58,635 nt of DNA from Opitutia bacterium. Its GTDB lineage: Bacteria > Verrucomicrobiota > Verrucomicrobiia > Opitutales > T3Sed10-336. Below the pieces are notes generated by a model. It saw only the letters and a list, made by a program, of their open reading frames with translations. It did no database searches and was not told the DNA's origin. A program made the position numbers and the translations under genes. The stretch is from NCBI GenBank assembly GCA_003566375.1, contig PXDN01000313.1:1-58635 (forward strand). Reading direction: 5' to 3'. Positions 19,208-27,588 of the stretch are shown here, piece by piece; position 1 is the first letter of the stretch; each line of letters opens with the position of its first letter.

Positions 19208-20266
19208 ATGAAACCGCGCCGGATTATTCACATCGACATGGATTGTTTCTACGCGGCCATCGAGTGCCGCGATGATCCCTCCGTGGCGGACCTGCCGGTC
19301 GGGGTGGGCGGCTCCGGGGGGCGCGGGGTGTTGACCACTTGCAACTACATCGCCCGGGAATTCGGCTGCCGCTCCGCCATGCCGGTTTTCAAAGCGCGGG
19401 AACTCTGCCCCGGCCTCGTTCTCAAGCCGGTGCGGTTTGACGTGTATCAAGCGGAGGCCCGCAAAATCCGCAAAATTTTCCGGGAATTCACCGACATCAT
19501 CGAACCGCTTTCCCTCGACGAAGCCTTTCTCGACGCGACCGACGCCCCGGGCTACGCGTGGGACGTCGCCAAGGAAATCCGCCGCCGGATTTTCGCCGAA
19601 ACCAAACTGACCGCCAGCGCGGGCGTCGCCCCGAACAAAATGCTGGCCAAAATCGCCAGCGACTGGCGCAAGCCGAACGGGCAGTTCGCCATCCGCCCCC
19701 ACGAGGTGGAGGCGTTCGTGCGGAAGTTGCCGGTGCGCAAGCTCTGGGGCGTGGGGCCAAAAACGGCGGCCCGCCTGGCGGAGAGCGGCGTGGAGGCCTG
19801 CGGCCAACTGCAAGAGTGGCCGCGCGCGCGTTTGTATACGGAATTTGGGCACAATTGGGGCGAGTCCCTGTACGAACTATGCCGGGGAGAAGACGACCGC
19901 CAAGTGGAGACGGTGCGGGTGCGGAAATCCCTCAGCACGGAGAACACGTTCGAACGGAATCTCAGCACGCTCGACGCCTGCCGGACGGCCTTGTCCGCGC
20001 TGCTGGACGAGTTGGCGGCCGATCTGGCGAAACGTCCCGGAGAGCGGCCTTACACCAAAATTTTCGTGAAGCTGAAATTCGCCAATTTCCGCACCACCAC
20101 CCGCGAGGCCGCCGCCCGCTCCCTGGACCGGGAACTGTTCGACCGGTTGCTGGGGGACGCCTTCGCCCGCAGCCCGCACGCCGTCCGGCTGATCGGCGTG
20201 GGCGTGCGTTTCCCCGATCCCGCTGAAACCAACCCGGACCAACTCGAATTGAGCTTGGACGGGTAA
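19208..20266 (+). CDS. dinB: DNA polymerase IV (Y-family)
   Basis: ATG 19208 gives MKPRRIIHIDMDCFYAAIECRDDP. Further motifs: LSLDEAFLD, ASAGVAPNKMLAKIASD, KLWGVGPKT. Confidence 0.92.
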   Translation: MKPRRIIHIDMDCFYAAIECRDDPSVADLPVGVGGSGGRGVLTTCNYIAREFGCRSAMPVFKARELCPGLVLKPVRFDVYQAEARKIRKIFREFTDIIEPLSLDEAFLDATDAPGYAWDVAKEIRRRIFAETKLTASAGVAPNKMLAKIASDWRKPNGQFAIRPHEVEAFVRKLPVRKLWGVGPKTAARLAESGVEACGQLQEWPRARLYTEFGHNWGESLYELCRGEDDRQVETVRVRKSLSTENTFERNLSTLDACRTALSALLDELAADLAKRPGERPYTKIFVKLKFANFRTTTREAAARSLDRELFDRLLGDAFARSPHAVRLIGVGVRFPDPAETNPDQLELSLDG

Positions 20267-20339
20267 GGTGGTTGAAAATCGGAGCGGCGCCTGTTGGCTT
20301 GGCGCCGGAGGGGGAAGACGGGGCATCGGGCCCCGGTGT

Positions 20340-20936
20340 TCAGAATCGAATGGTGACGCCGACTTCGATTTGGGAGGCGCTGTCGCTGTTCACGTTCACG
20401 GCGCCGTCGGAGAGGTTGTCGAACCAGAAATGGCGGTAGCCGGCGCGGAGGCCGAAGTGGGGAAACGGGTGGAATTCAAAACCGGCCATCAATTGGGCCG
20501 CCCCGGCGGTGTCGCTTCCCGAGCCAAAACCGACTTGGGTGACTTTGCCACGGACCACCCCGCCGCCGCCGCCCGCGTAGAGCGACCAGCGCGGATCGGT
20601 GGGGATGAACAACACCTCGAATTGGTAGGAAAACAGCACGGCGGTCAGGTCGATGTCGGAAATGATGCCGGGTTGGTCTCCGTCCAAACTGAAGTGGGTG
20701 ACATCGAGTTGCGGTCCGTGGCGGGTGCCGTAATCCCTTGAGGGAAACCAATACCCGAGGCGGGCGCCGTAGCCGATATCGTTTTTCCAATCATCCATTC
20801 GACTGATATGGAAAACGGAGGCGCCGAGGTGCCAGCCGGTGGAGGGCGGTTTGGCGACGGCGGCTTCGGCTTGGGCGGGCCAGATAAGGGCCAGCAAAAT
20901 GGCGGAGACGAAACAGCGCGAAAAGACTCGTGTCAT
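20340..20936 (-). CDS. Small outer-membrane beta-barrel protein (OmpW/OmpA-beta-barrel-like)
   Basis: 198 aa. Signal peptide ending AQAEA, alternating hydrophobic beta-strand pattern, aromatic girdle residues and a C-terminal ...VGVTIRF (terminal Phe). Confidence 0.7.
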   Translation of the reverse strand: MTRVFSRCFVSAILLALIWPAQAEAAVAKPPSTGWHLGASVFHISRMDDWKNDIGYGARLGYWFPSRDYGTRHGPQLDVTHFSLDGDQPGIISDIDLTAVLFSYQFEVLFIPTDPRWSLYAGGGGGVVRGKVTQVGFGSGSDTAGAAQLMAGFEFHPFPHFGLRAGYRHFWFDNLSDGAVNVNSDSASQIEVGVTIRF

Positions 20937-21029
20937 GATGCGCTCACTTTGGAATTCCGGCCGCCGGTGTCAATGCCGAAGACCGGCCGCGCGAATCACC
21001 AAGTGTGCATCCCCGAGTGTGCATTTGGA

Positions 21030-21385
21030 AGCGCCATGCTTCGGTTGGCCGCATGCGGGTTGTAAGGCGGTTGCGTCGGGGCCTCGATTCGCCGCCTGAA
21101 GGCTGGCGCTCCTTTTCTCGGCGCGTCCGGGTGCAAGGGAAGCGCCCTGCATAAGCAGGCGGAATGCGGTGTGAAAGGGGAGCGACCAGCTTTAGCGGTC
21201 GAGAATGCGGTGTGCAAGCAGTTGCACCAAGGGGCCTCGATTCGCCGCTTGGAGGCTGGCGCTCCTTTTCTCGGCGCGTCCCGGTGCAAGGGGAGCGCCA
21301 TGCTTTAGCGGGCGAGATGCGGTTTGCAAGCGGTTACATCCCGGCCTTGGTTCCCCGGTTCCCCGTTTGGAGGCTGGAGCTCCCC
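21030..21385. repeat. Composite intergenic repeat array upstream of the giant gene
   Basis: Module A (69 nt) occurs at 21078-21146 and 21231-21299 with 4 differences, plus a partial third copy around 21352-21385. Module B (about 40-45 nt, core ATGCGG at 21053, 21164, 21205, 21317) occurs four times, interleaved with A. These repeats generate the spurious track ORFs 21164.., 21205.., 20996..21301 and 21192..21440. Confidence 0.85.
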
Positions 21386-21451
21386 AGAGATGTCCGGCAC
21401 GGATTGCCGAAAATATTGCCATGCCGCGAATCCCGGCCACAGTTGGGAATC

Positions 21452-24400
21452 ATGAGCCGACCCTTCCACTTTGCCGCGACCTTGGTGGTCGTTTTCCTTC
21501 TTTCCGCCCTTCCCGCCGTCCGGGCGGCCATCGAGCTTTCCAATGTCACCGCGGAGCAGCGTCCGGGGACCACCTTGGTGGACATCCGCTACGATGTCAG
21601 CGCCCTCGCCCCCGCCGTTTCGGTGGAGGTGGAGATTTTCGACGGCATGGCGGAGGCGGCGCCTGTGCCCGCCTCCGCGTTGTCCGGCCATGCCGGAGTG
21701 GATGTGCCGACCGGAACCGGCCGTCATCTCGTGTGGGACGCCGGGGAGGACTGGGGGTTGTGGAAGGGGACGCTCGACATGCGTTTCCAGTTGACCGCCG
21801 CCCCCGCGCCCATGCCGGACGGAGGGGATCCCGGAGCGGTGGAATGGCACCGGGTAAGCGAACGCTGGGTCCGCAATTACCATCCCGACGGCAGCGTTAC
21901 CATGAGCGACCGGGAAAGCGGGTTGACGTGGATTCACGATGCCGGATCCCAAGGGAAAGCGACCTGGGACGGGGCCGCGGACTTGGCGGAAAACCTGAAC
22001 TTCGCCGGACACGCCGACTGGTTTTTGCCGAACCGCCAGCAGCTGGCCGCCATGCGCGGCCAGCGGGATTTTTTCGCCGGGGTGCGTCACGACTGGCACT
22101 GGACCGGGGAAACCGCCGACGGCGGCCTGACATGGATTGTGCATCTTGGAAACGGTCAATCCATGGCTTACAACCGGCAAGCGAGTTTTTGGGTGTGGCC
22201 GTGCCGGGAAACCGTGGCGGGGGAACCCGCCGAACCGACGGAACCGGCGGAACCGGCGGTGACGGAGGTGACGGAGGTAGCGGGGGTGGTGGTGGACACC
22301 GCCTCCCGGCTCGCCGATTACAACGGCAACGGGATTCCGGACATTCTGGAGGACTTCAACGGCAGCGGCACCCCCGACGCGTTTGAGGATTTCACCGGCA
22401 CCGGTGTCGCGGACGCTTTCGAGGATTTTTCCGGCAGCGGCATACCCGACGCCTTCGAGGATCACAATGGGAGCGGCGTGCCCGACGCCTTTGAGGATTT
22501 TTCCGGCAATGGGATTCCCGACGCGTTTGAGATGGATTTCAACGGCAATGGCATTCCCGATGTGTTTGAGTTCCGGGTCTTGCCCTGGGTTTTTCTCGAT
22601 TACAACGGCGACGGATTTCCCGATGCCCTGCGCGATTACAACGGCAACGGGATTCCCGACGCCTTTGAGGATTTCAGCGGGGACGGTGTGCCGGACGCTT
22701 TTACTGATTTCAACGGGAGTGGCGTGCCGGACGCTTTCGAGGACTTTTCCAGCAGCGGGATTCCCGATGCGTTTGAGGATTTTAACGGGAATGGCATTCC
22801 GGATGCCTTTGAGGATTTTGACGGGAGCGGGATACCGGACGCCTTTGCCAACGGGTTGGCCGACACGCGGGGCACCGGCACCCCTGATTTCTTTGAAGAC
22901 AGTTACCCCTCTTTAATTCAGTCGGCCAGCCATCCGGACCGGCGCGTGGCCTACCGGGAATCCACCTTCTCCGCCGCGTGGGAGGCGGGCGATTTCCCGG
23001 AAATGGTCAACGGGTGGCTCTGGATTGCCGACCGCAGTCACGTCACGGAAATCGGCTTGGCCAACGGGCAGTTTCTGGCTCCGGGTGGAACGGCGGTTAA
23101 CCTGCCGGACCGCGGGTTTGGGGAACACTGGTTTCACCTGGTCCCATTGGATGGCGATTCCCAGCCTGTGGCGGGAGCCCAAGTCAGTTTCAAATTCACG
23201 GTAGAGATCGACCGGACCGTTCTCACCAGCACCACGCATCCCGAGGAGGAGCACTGGTTCAACAACCCCGGTTTTGCCGGGGAATGGAGCGCCGGGGAAT
23301 CGGCCGGGGTGATCGACGGCTGGCGCTGGAAACTGGCCGACGAACCATTTCCCGATGATTTCTCTTGGGAAAACAGCGGGTTGTTGGATGCTTCCGTGTC
23401 CACTTTGGAGTTCGCGGACATGCCCCACGGCTCCCATTGGGTTTACCTTGCGCCGGTCGATGCGGAGTCGCGCGTGATCAATGAGCGGCGGGCTGTCTTT
23501 CGTTTCAACGTCAACCGGAATGCTCCGGTGGTTGCCAGCCCGTCCCACCCGGTCGAAGGGGTGGCCTTTCCGCAGTCCAATGTTCAACTGGCTTGGGAAA
23601 TCGCAGACGTTCCCGCCGACTCCATTCCGGTTTACCATTTCGCGTGGAATGAAATTCCCGATTACGTGCCGACGGACGCCGACAGCACCACCGTGACGCG
23701 TTCGCAGGCGTTTCCGGGCCAATCCGACGGCTCCCGCCACTTTCACGTGGCGGGGGTGGACCGCCTCGGCAATCCGACCGCCCCCGGGCGATACAACGTG
23801 GTCATCGGCCCGGCCCAGCCCCCCGCAGCCGGTTTCACAGCCGATCCCACCGAAGGGCCGGGCCCGCTGGAGGTGACATTTACCGACGAAAGCGCGGGGA
23901 GCATCACCACCCGCGAATGGGATTTCACCGGCGACGGCGTTATTGACGCGGTTAATCCTTCCGAGCCGATCCAGTGGACCTACCCTTCGCGGGGAACCTT
24001 CAGCGTGACGCTTACCGTCACCGGCCCGGGCGGCAAAGACACGGCCGTGCGGACCGACTATATCGAGGTGTTGAACACGCCGCCCGTCGCCGCGATTGAA
24101 TCCAACAACCTTTATCTTTCCAACCTTGGCGAAACGGCGATTCTGGACGCCTCCGCCTCTTTCGACCCGGACGGCGATCCGTTGTTTTTCAGTTGGCGGG
24201 AACATCCGGAAAACCCTCAACACGGCTTGATCCCGATCGGGGCCGAATCGTTCTCCACCCTGCGTATCCATTTTTCGGAGCCAGGCCGCTATCGGTTCGA
24301 TGTCCGCGTGAGCGACGGCGACGCGGTGAGCGCCACCACCGAAACCATCAGCGTGTTTGTCCCCGGACGACACGGTGTGGTCGGCTTCACTCCCTCCGAC

Positions 24401-27295
24401 GGCATGGTGAGGGTGCCCGACGCGACCCTGCGGGTGCACCGCACGTTGGCCGAGTTGCGGGAAAACGTCGATCCGGTCGATGCGGCGGTCAGCGATTCCC
24501 TGGGGCGTTATGTGTTGGCAAACCTCGAACCCGCCGACGGGCAAACCGGGCAGAGCTACTGGTATGTGGTGGAGCGTCCGGGCTTTCAAAGCACCAGCGA
24601 ACTTTCCATGACCATTCACCCCGATCCCGGCCCCGGGAGTCAGCGGCGTGATGAAGCCATCGGCCGCGGGCGGGTCGCCTCCGTTTCGGGATACCTGCGC
24701 AATCCCCTCGGGGAACCGGTGGAGAACGCCACCGTGAGCCTGCTGACGGGTCCGGCGGGCATCCTGCCCGCGGTTTCGTCCGATCCCGACGGGTTTTTCA
24801 AATTGCATGATGTTCCCAAAGGATCCTGGGTGCTCCAACTGCTGGCCGACGGCCATCGCTCCGAGGCAAGGGACGTGCATTTTTCGGACGGGATGCCGGT
24901 TTTGCATTTCACCCTGAAACCATCGCCCGCAAGCGCCAACCTGACCGGCAACGTGCGGGTGGCGGGCACCGGCATTCCAGTGGAGGACGCCACCGTTTCG
25001 CTCGGCAATTGGATTGAATCGGTATCGAATTCAATCGGCGAATACACGTTTACCGGCATCCCGGAAGGGGATTACCTCCTGATGGTGAACCGGGACGGCT
25101 TTGAACCCGTCCGTCTGCCGGTGGCGCAAGTTCGCGCGGGGACCTCCGAACTCGATATCCAGCTCACGCCCGCCGGGCGGGGACCGACTGTTTACGGCAC
25201 GGTGGTGGACGCGGCCAACGGAAAACCGGTGCGCCGGGCAACTGTCGGAGTGGAGGCGGAAGGGGGGCTGTTGACCCATGCCGAACTTACCGATGTGACC
25301 GGGTTTTTCCAGTTGCGCGGTTTGCCGTCCGGCGTCCGGACCGTCCAGGCTGGTGCTCCGGGGTACCAGACCAAGACGCGGCTTCTGTTGGTGGAGGACG
25401 GCATGGAATTGAATCTCCTGCTGGAGCGCTCGCCCGACTGGGCACCCCCGGCCGTTCCCGGCGGGGAAGGCGAACCGCGGGCCAAGGTGGCGGAGGCCTT
25501 GGTTTACCTGAACAACTTGCGCGAAAGCGTGGTGCTCGATGCCACGCCCTCCACCGGAGAAAACCTTGGCTTCATCTGGCGGGAAAATCCCGGCAACCCG
25601 GTGACCGGCCTGCTCCCGCCCGGGTCGGCGGCCATGTCCGCGCCGGTGGTGGGCGGTTTCTCCAAACCGGGTGTTTACCTATTCGAAGTCCGGGTGGTGG
25701 ACGGCGGTATCCCAAGCCCCAACACAGCCGTGGTGACCGTGTTGGCGCCCGGGTTGGCCGGTCATCTCCACGCCTCCCCGTCGGACGGCGTGTTCGGGCT
25801 CAACGCGGCCACGGTGCGGGCCTACAGCCATTATGAAGACGCCCTGAACTGGAGTTCTCAAAACGTGGTCGATTCGGTGCAGACCCGCGACCGTCCGATC
25901 GGTGATTTTGTGATGGAGAACTTGGAGCCGGGTGCCTACTGGGTGGTGGCGCGGGCGGAAGCCGGGTCGGGATTCAATCAATACGGCCCGGTGAAAAAAC
26001 GGGTCAACCACGGCCCGGCGTCGGGCAATCTCCGCATCAACCTGCCCCGCGATGAATTCGAACTGGAGGGCCGGATTCTGGACGCGTCGAGTTTGGCGCC
26101 GTTGGAAAACGTCCGCTTGGTGGTCCTGCCGGGTATCTTGTCCGAGTCCTACCGCACCACCACCGACGCCACCGGCCGCTACCGTCTTGGCATGGTCCCG
26201 CGCGGTTCCGGGCAGCCGGTTCTGATCATGCGCGACGGCTACAACACGCGGGTCTCCTTTCTGGATGTCGGCGAAAACAAAACCCGCGATTTCACTCTGA
26301 CCGCCAACGCCTCCGGGGAATTGGCCACTTTGTCCGGGCGGGTTACCGCCGAATACAACGGCATCTTGCTGCCGGTCGGCCATGCCGAGGTCATCCTCGG
26401 ATCGGGGTTGGCGCGGACTTTCACCGACGGCGACGGGTTTTATGAAATCACCTCCCTGCCGCCCGGCCAGTATTACGGGACCGTGCGGAAACCCGGCTTC
26501 CGTCCGGCCCCGCTGTCGAACACCGCCTTCCTCACTCTTGGGTCGGGTTCCAATACCCTCGACAAGGTGCTGGCGTTGGAGAACACCGGTCCGGTCATCC
26601 GGGGCATGGTGGTGAATCAGCACGGCGAGCCGGTGCCGGGAGCGGAAATCGCCCTGGCGCCGCCAACCGGTCCCTTTGCCGTTTGGTCGGAGGGATCCTC
26701 GGCGGCCACCTTGTTTTCGGACGAAACGGTGCCGATGGGCAGCGCCCCAACCGGCTTGACCGGTGCGGACGGCGTTTTTCAGTTAACCGGCGTGCCCCAC
26801 GGCACCCGCCTGGTTTCGGTGCGTTTGCCCGACGGGCGAACCTTCGACCGGACGGTGAAGGTTGACCGGAACATGGAGGTGGTTTGGCAAACGGTTTACG
26901 AGGCCTACGCCCTGTGGAAAACGCGCCACTTCGGGGCGGCCCATGCGGCCAATCCCGCGGTCAGCGGCGAAACCGCCGATCCCAATTTGGACGGCGTTCC
27001 CAACTTGTTGAGGTATCTCTTCGGGGACCATCCCATGGACCGGACCCCGCTTTCCGAAAGGTTGTGGATGGAGGCTGCGGACGGGGAAACCCCGCGTTTC
27101 CGTTTTCACCGCGCGGAGGGGATATCCGACATCCGCACCCTTCTTGAGTCCAGCACCAACCTGATTGACTGGACCGGCACCGAAACCACGCCGCGCCGGG
27201 TGGAGTCCATCGGCCATGGCCGCGAACTCGTGGAAGTCGATTTGCCCGATAGTGACGAGCCGCAACTCTTCTGGCGCCTCCGCTTCGCCCGCTGA
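21452..27295 (+). CDS. Giant (1,947 aa) secreted multidomain surface/adhesin-like protein
   Basis: ATG 21452 gives the signal peptide MSRPFHFAATLVVVFLLSALPAVRA. Motif-based domain order: an Ig-like N-domain; a DUF1566/Lcl-like domain (GLTWIHD...ADWFLPNRQQLAAM...WHWTGE); 14-15 x 12-aa Asp/Gly repeats; 3 x ~100-aa modules opening SxSHP/STTHP; and a PKD domain (LEVTFTDES..WDFTGDG..GTFSVTLTVTGPGG). Two copies of [Ig-like plus about 4 carboxypeptidase-regulatory-like beta-sandwiches] follow. The C-terminal module is ...GVPNLLRYLFG...SSTNLIDWTG...LFWRLRFAR. Confidence 0.85.
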   Translation: MSRPFHFAATLVVVFLLSALPAVRAAIELSNVTAEQRPGTTLVDIRYDVSALAPAVSVEVEIFDGMAEAAPVPASALSGHAGVDVPTGTGRHLVWDAGEDWGLWKGTLDMRFQLTAAPAPMPDGGDPGAVEWHRVSERWVRNYHPDGSVTMSDRESGLTWIHDAGSQGKATWDGAADLAENLNFAGHADWFLPNRQQLAAMRGQRDFFAGVRHDWHWTGETADGGLTWIVHLGNGQSMAYNRQASFWVWPCRETVAGEPAEPTEPAEPAVTEVTEVAGVVVDTASRLADYNGNGIPDILEDFNGSGTPDAFEDFTGTGVADAFEDFSGSGIPDAFEDHNGSGVPDAFEDFSGNGIPDAFEMDFNGNGIPDVFEFRVLPWVFLDYNGDGFPDALRDYNGNGIPDAFEDFSGDGVPDAFTDFNGSGVPDAFEDFSSSGIPDAFEDFNGNGIPDAFEDFDGSGIPDAFANGLADTRGTGTPDFFEDSYPSLIQSASHPDRRVAYRESTFSAAWEAGDFPEMVNGWLWIADRSHVTEIGLANGQFLAPGGTAVNLPDRGFGEHWFHLVPLDGDSQPVAGAQVSFKFTVEIDRTVLTSTTHPEEEHWFNNPGFAGEWSAGESAGVIDGWRWKLADEPFPDDFSWENSGLLDASVSTLEFADMPHGSHWVYLAPVDAESRVINERRAVFRFNVNRNAPVVASPSHPVEGVAFPQSNVQLAWEIADVPADSIPVYHFAWNEIPDYVPTDADSTTVTRSQAFPGQSDGSRHFHVAGVDRLGNPTAPGRYNVVIGPAQPPAAGFTADPTEGPGPLEVTFTDESAGSITTREWDFTGDGVIDAVNPSEPIQWTYPSRGTFSVTLTVTGPGGKDTAVRTDYIEVLNTPPVAAIESNNLYLSNLGETAILDASASFDPDGDPLFFSWREHPENPQHGLIPIGAESFSTLRIHFSEPGRYRFDVRVSDGDAVSATTETISVFVPGRHGVVGFTPSDGMVRVPDATLRVHRTLAELRENVDPVDAAVSDSLGRYVLANLEPADGQTGQSYWYVVERPGFQSTSELSMTIHPDPGPGSQRRDEAIGRGRVASVSGYLRNPLGEPVENATVSLLTGPAGILPAVSSDPDGFFKLHDVPKGSWVLQLLADGHRSEARDVHFSDGMPVLHFTLKPSPASANLTGNVRVAGTGIPVEDATVSLGNWIESVSNSIGEYTFTGIPEGDYLLMVNRDGFEPVRLPVAQVRAGTSELDIQLTPAGRGPTVYGTVVDAANGKPVRRATVGVEAEGGLLTHAELTDVTGFFQLRGLPSGVRTVQAGAPGYQTKTRLLLVEDGMELNLLLERSPDWAPPAVPGGEGEPRAKVAEALVYLNNLRESVVLDATPSTGENLGFIWRENPGNPVTGLLPPGSAAMSAPVVGGFSKPGVYLFEVRVVDGGIPSPNTAVVTVLAPGLAGHLHASPSDGVFGLNAATVRAYSHYEDALNWSSQNVVDSVQTRDRPIGDFVMENLEPGAYWVVARAEAGSGFNQYGPVKKRVNHGPASGNLRINLPRDEFELEGRILDASSLAPLENVRLVVLPGILSESYRTTTDATGRYRLGMVPRGSGQPVLIMRDGYNTRVSFLDVGENKTRDFTLTANASGELATLSGRVTAEYNGILLPVGHAEVILGSGLARTFTDGDGFYEITSLPPGQYYGTVRKPGFRPAPLSNTAFLTLGSGSNTLDKVLALENTGPVIRGMVVNQHGEPVPGAEIALAPPTGPFAVWSEGSSAATLFSDETVPMGSAPTGLTGADGVFQLTGVPHGTRLVSVRLPDGRTFDRTVKVDRNMEVVWQTVYEAYALWKTRHFGAAHAANPAVSGETADPNLDGVPNLLRYLFGDHPMDRTPLSERLWMEAADGETPRFRFHRAEGISDIRTLLESSTNLIDWTGTETTPRRVESIGHGRELVEVDLPDSDEPQLFWRLRFAR
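22316..22900 (+). repeat. In-frame 36-nt tandem repeat (14 regular and 1 degenerate copies) encoding D-F-x-G-x-G-I-P-D-A-F-E
   Basis: Read directly: DYNGNGIPDILE, DFNGSGTPDAFE, DFTGTGVADAFE, DFSGSGIPDAFE, DHNGSGVPDAFE, DFSGNGIPDAFE(M), DFNGNGIPDVFE(+9 aa), DYNGDGFPDALR, DYNGNGIPDAFE, DFSGDGVPDAFT, DFNGSGVPDAFE, DFSSSGIPDAFE, DFNGNGIPDAFE, DFDGSGIPDAFA, then a degenerate copy. Copies differ at synonymous sites. Confidence 0.95.
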
Positions 27296-27357
27296 CCCGT
27301 GGGCGGCGGCGGAGCCCGTGTATTCGGGCACGAACCTATTTGGGGGCCACACGGAGA

Positions 27358-27588
27358 CCTCCCGACTGCCGACCGGAGGTCTGGCAGCTACAGCTTGCCA
27401 ACCGCAAATAACGCGTCCGTTCCACCGTAGCGGCAAGACGTTTGGTCTGCCGTCCCTCCCGACTGCCGACCGGAGGTCTGGCAGCTACAGCTTGCCCAAC
27501 CGCAAAAAACGCGTCCGTTCCACCGTAGCGGCAAGACCTTTGGTCTGCCGTCCCTCCCGACTGCCGACCAGAGGTCTGGCAGCTACAT
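27358..27588. repeat. Tandem 97/98-nt intergenic repeat (2.4 copies), each unit with two hairpins
   Basis: Unit 1 is 27358-27454, unit 2 is 27455-27552 (3 differences) and partial unit 3 is 27553-27588. Hairpin 1 is CTGCCGACC-GGA-GGTCTGGCAG (e.g. 27366-27387). Hairpin 2 is GGCAAGAC(C/G)-TTT-GGTCTGCC (e.g. 27432-27451). Both share the core GAC(C/G)-N3-GGTCTG. The array lies between convergent genes. Confidence 0.9.

Noticed and set aside
21164-21451. N-terminal extensions offered by the ORF track. Examples: 21164 for the giant gene, 8207 for the TPR gene, 37538 and 40562 for the hydrolase and AlkP-EEP genes, 29682, 29321, 35043, 48009
   Set aside because: The extensions run through intergenic repeats or into neighbouring genes, and several begin with GTG/TTG rendered as M. 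Internal ATGs give canonical signal peptides or conserved N-terminal motifs.
20937-21451. A c-di-GMP (GEMM) or other known riboswitch in the long region upstream of the adhesin-like giant gene
   Set aside because: I could not find the GEMM-I/II conserved cores, and the region is explained by A/B repeat modules. Only an Infernal/Rfam scan could settle it.
22913-24907. A 664-aa ORF antisense to the giant gene, plus 21305..22465 -, 25679..26623 -, 22383..22916 + and 22636..22881 -
   Set aside because: They lie inside the 5.8-kb coding region, whose sense frame shows signal peptide, PKD and CarboxypepD_reg motifs. The ORFs within 22316-22900 are artefacts of the 36-nt repeat reading open in several frames.
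27358-27588. Possible CRISPR array: a ~35-nt repeat CCTCCCGACTGCCGACCGGAGGTCTGGCAGCTACA recurring every ~97 nt
   Set aside because: The ~62-nt 'spacers' are themselves near-identical between units, there are only 2.4 units, and no cas genes are in the window. It is a tandem repeat of a 97/98-nt unit, not repeat plus unique spacers.
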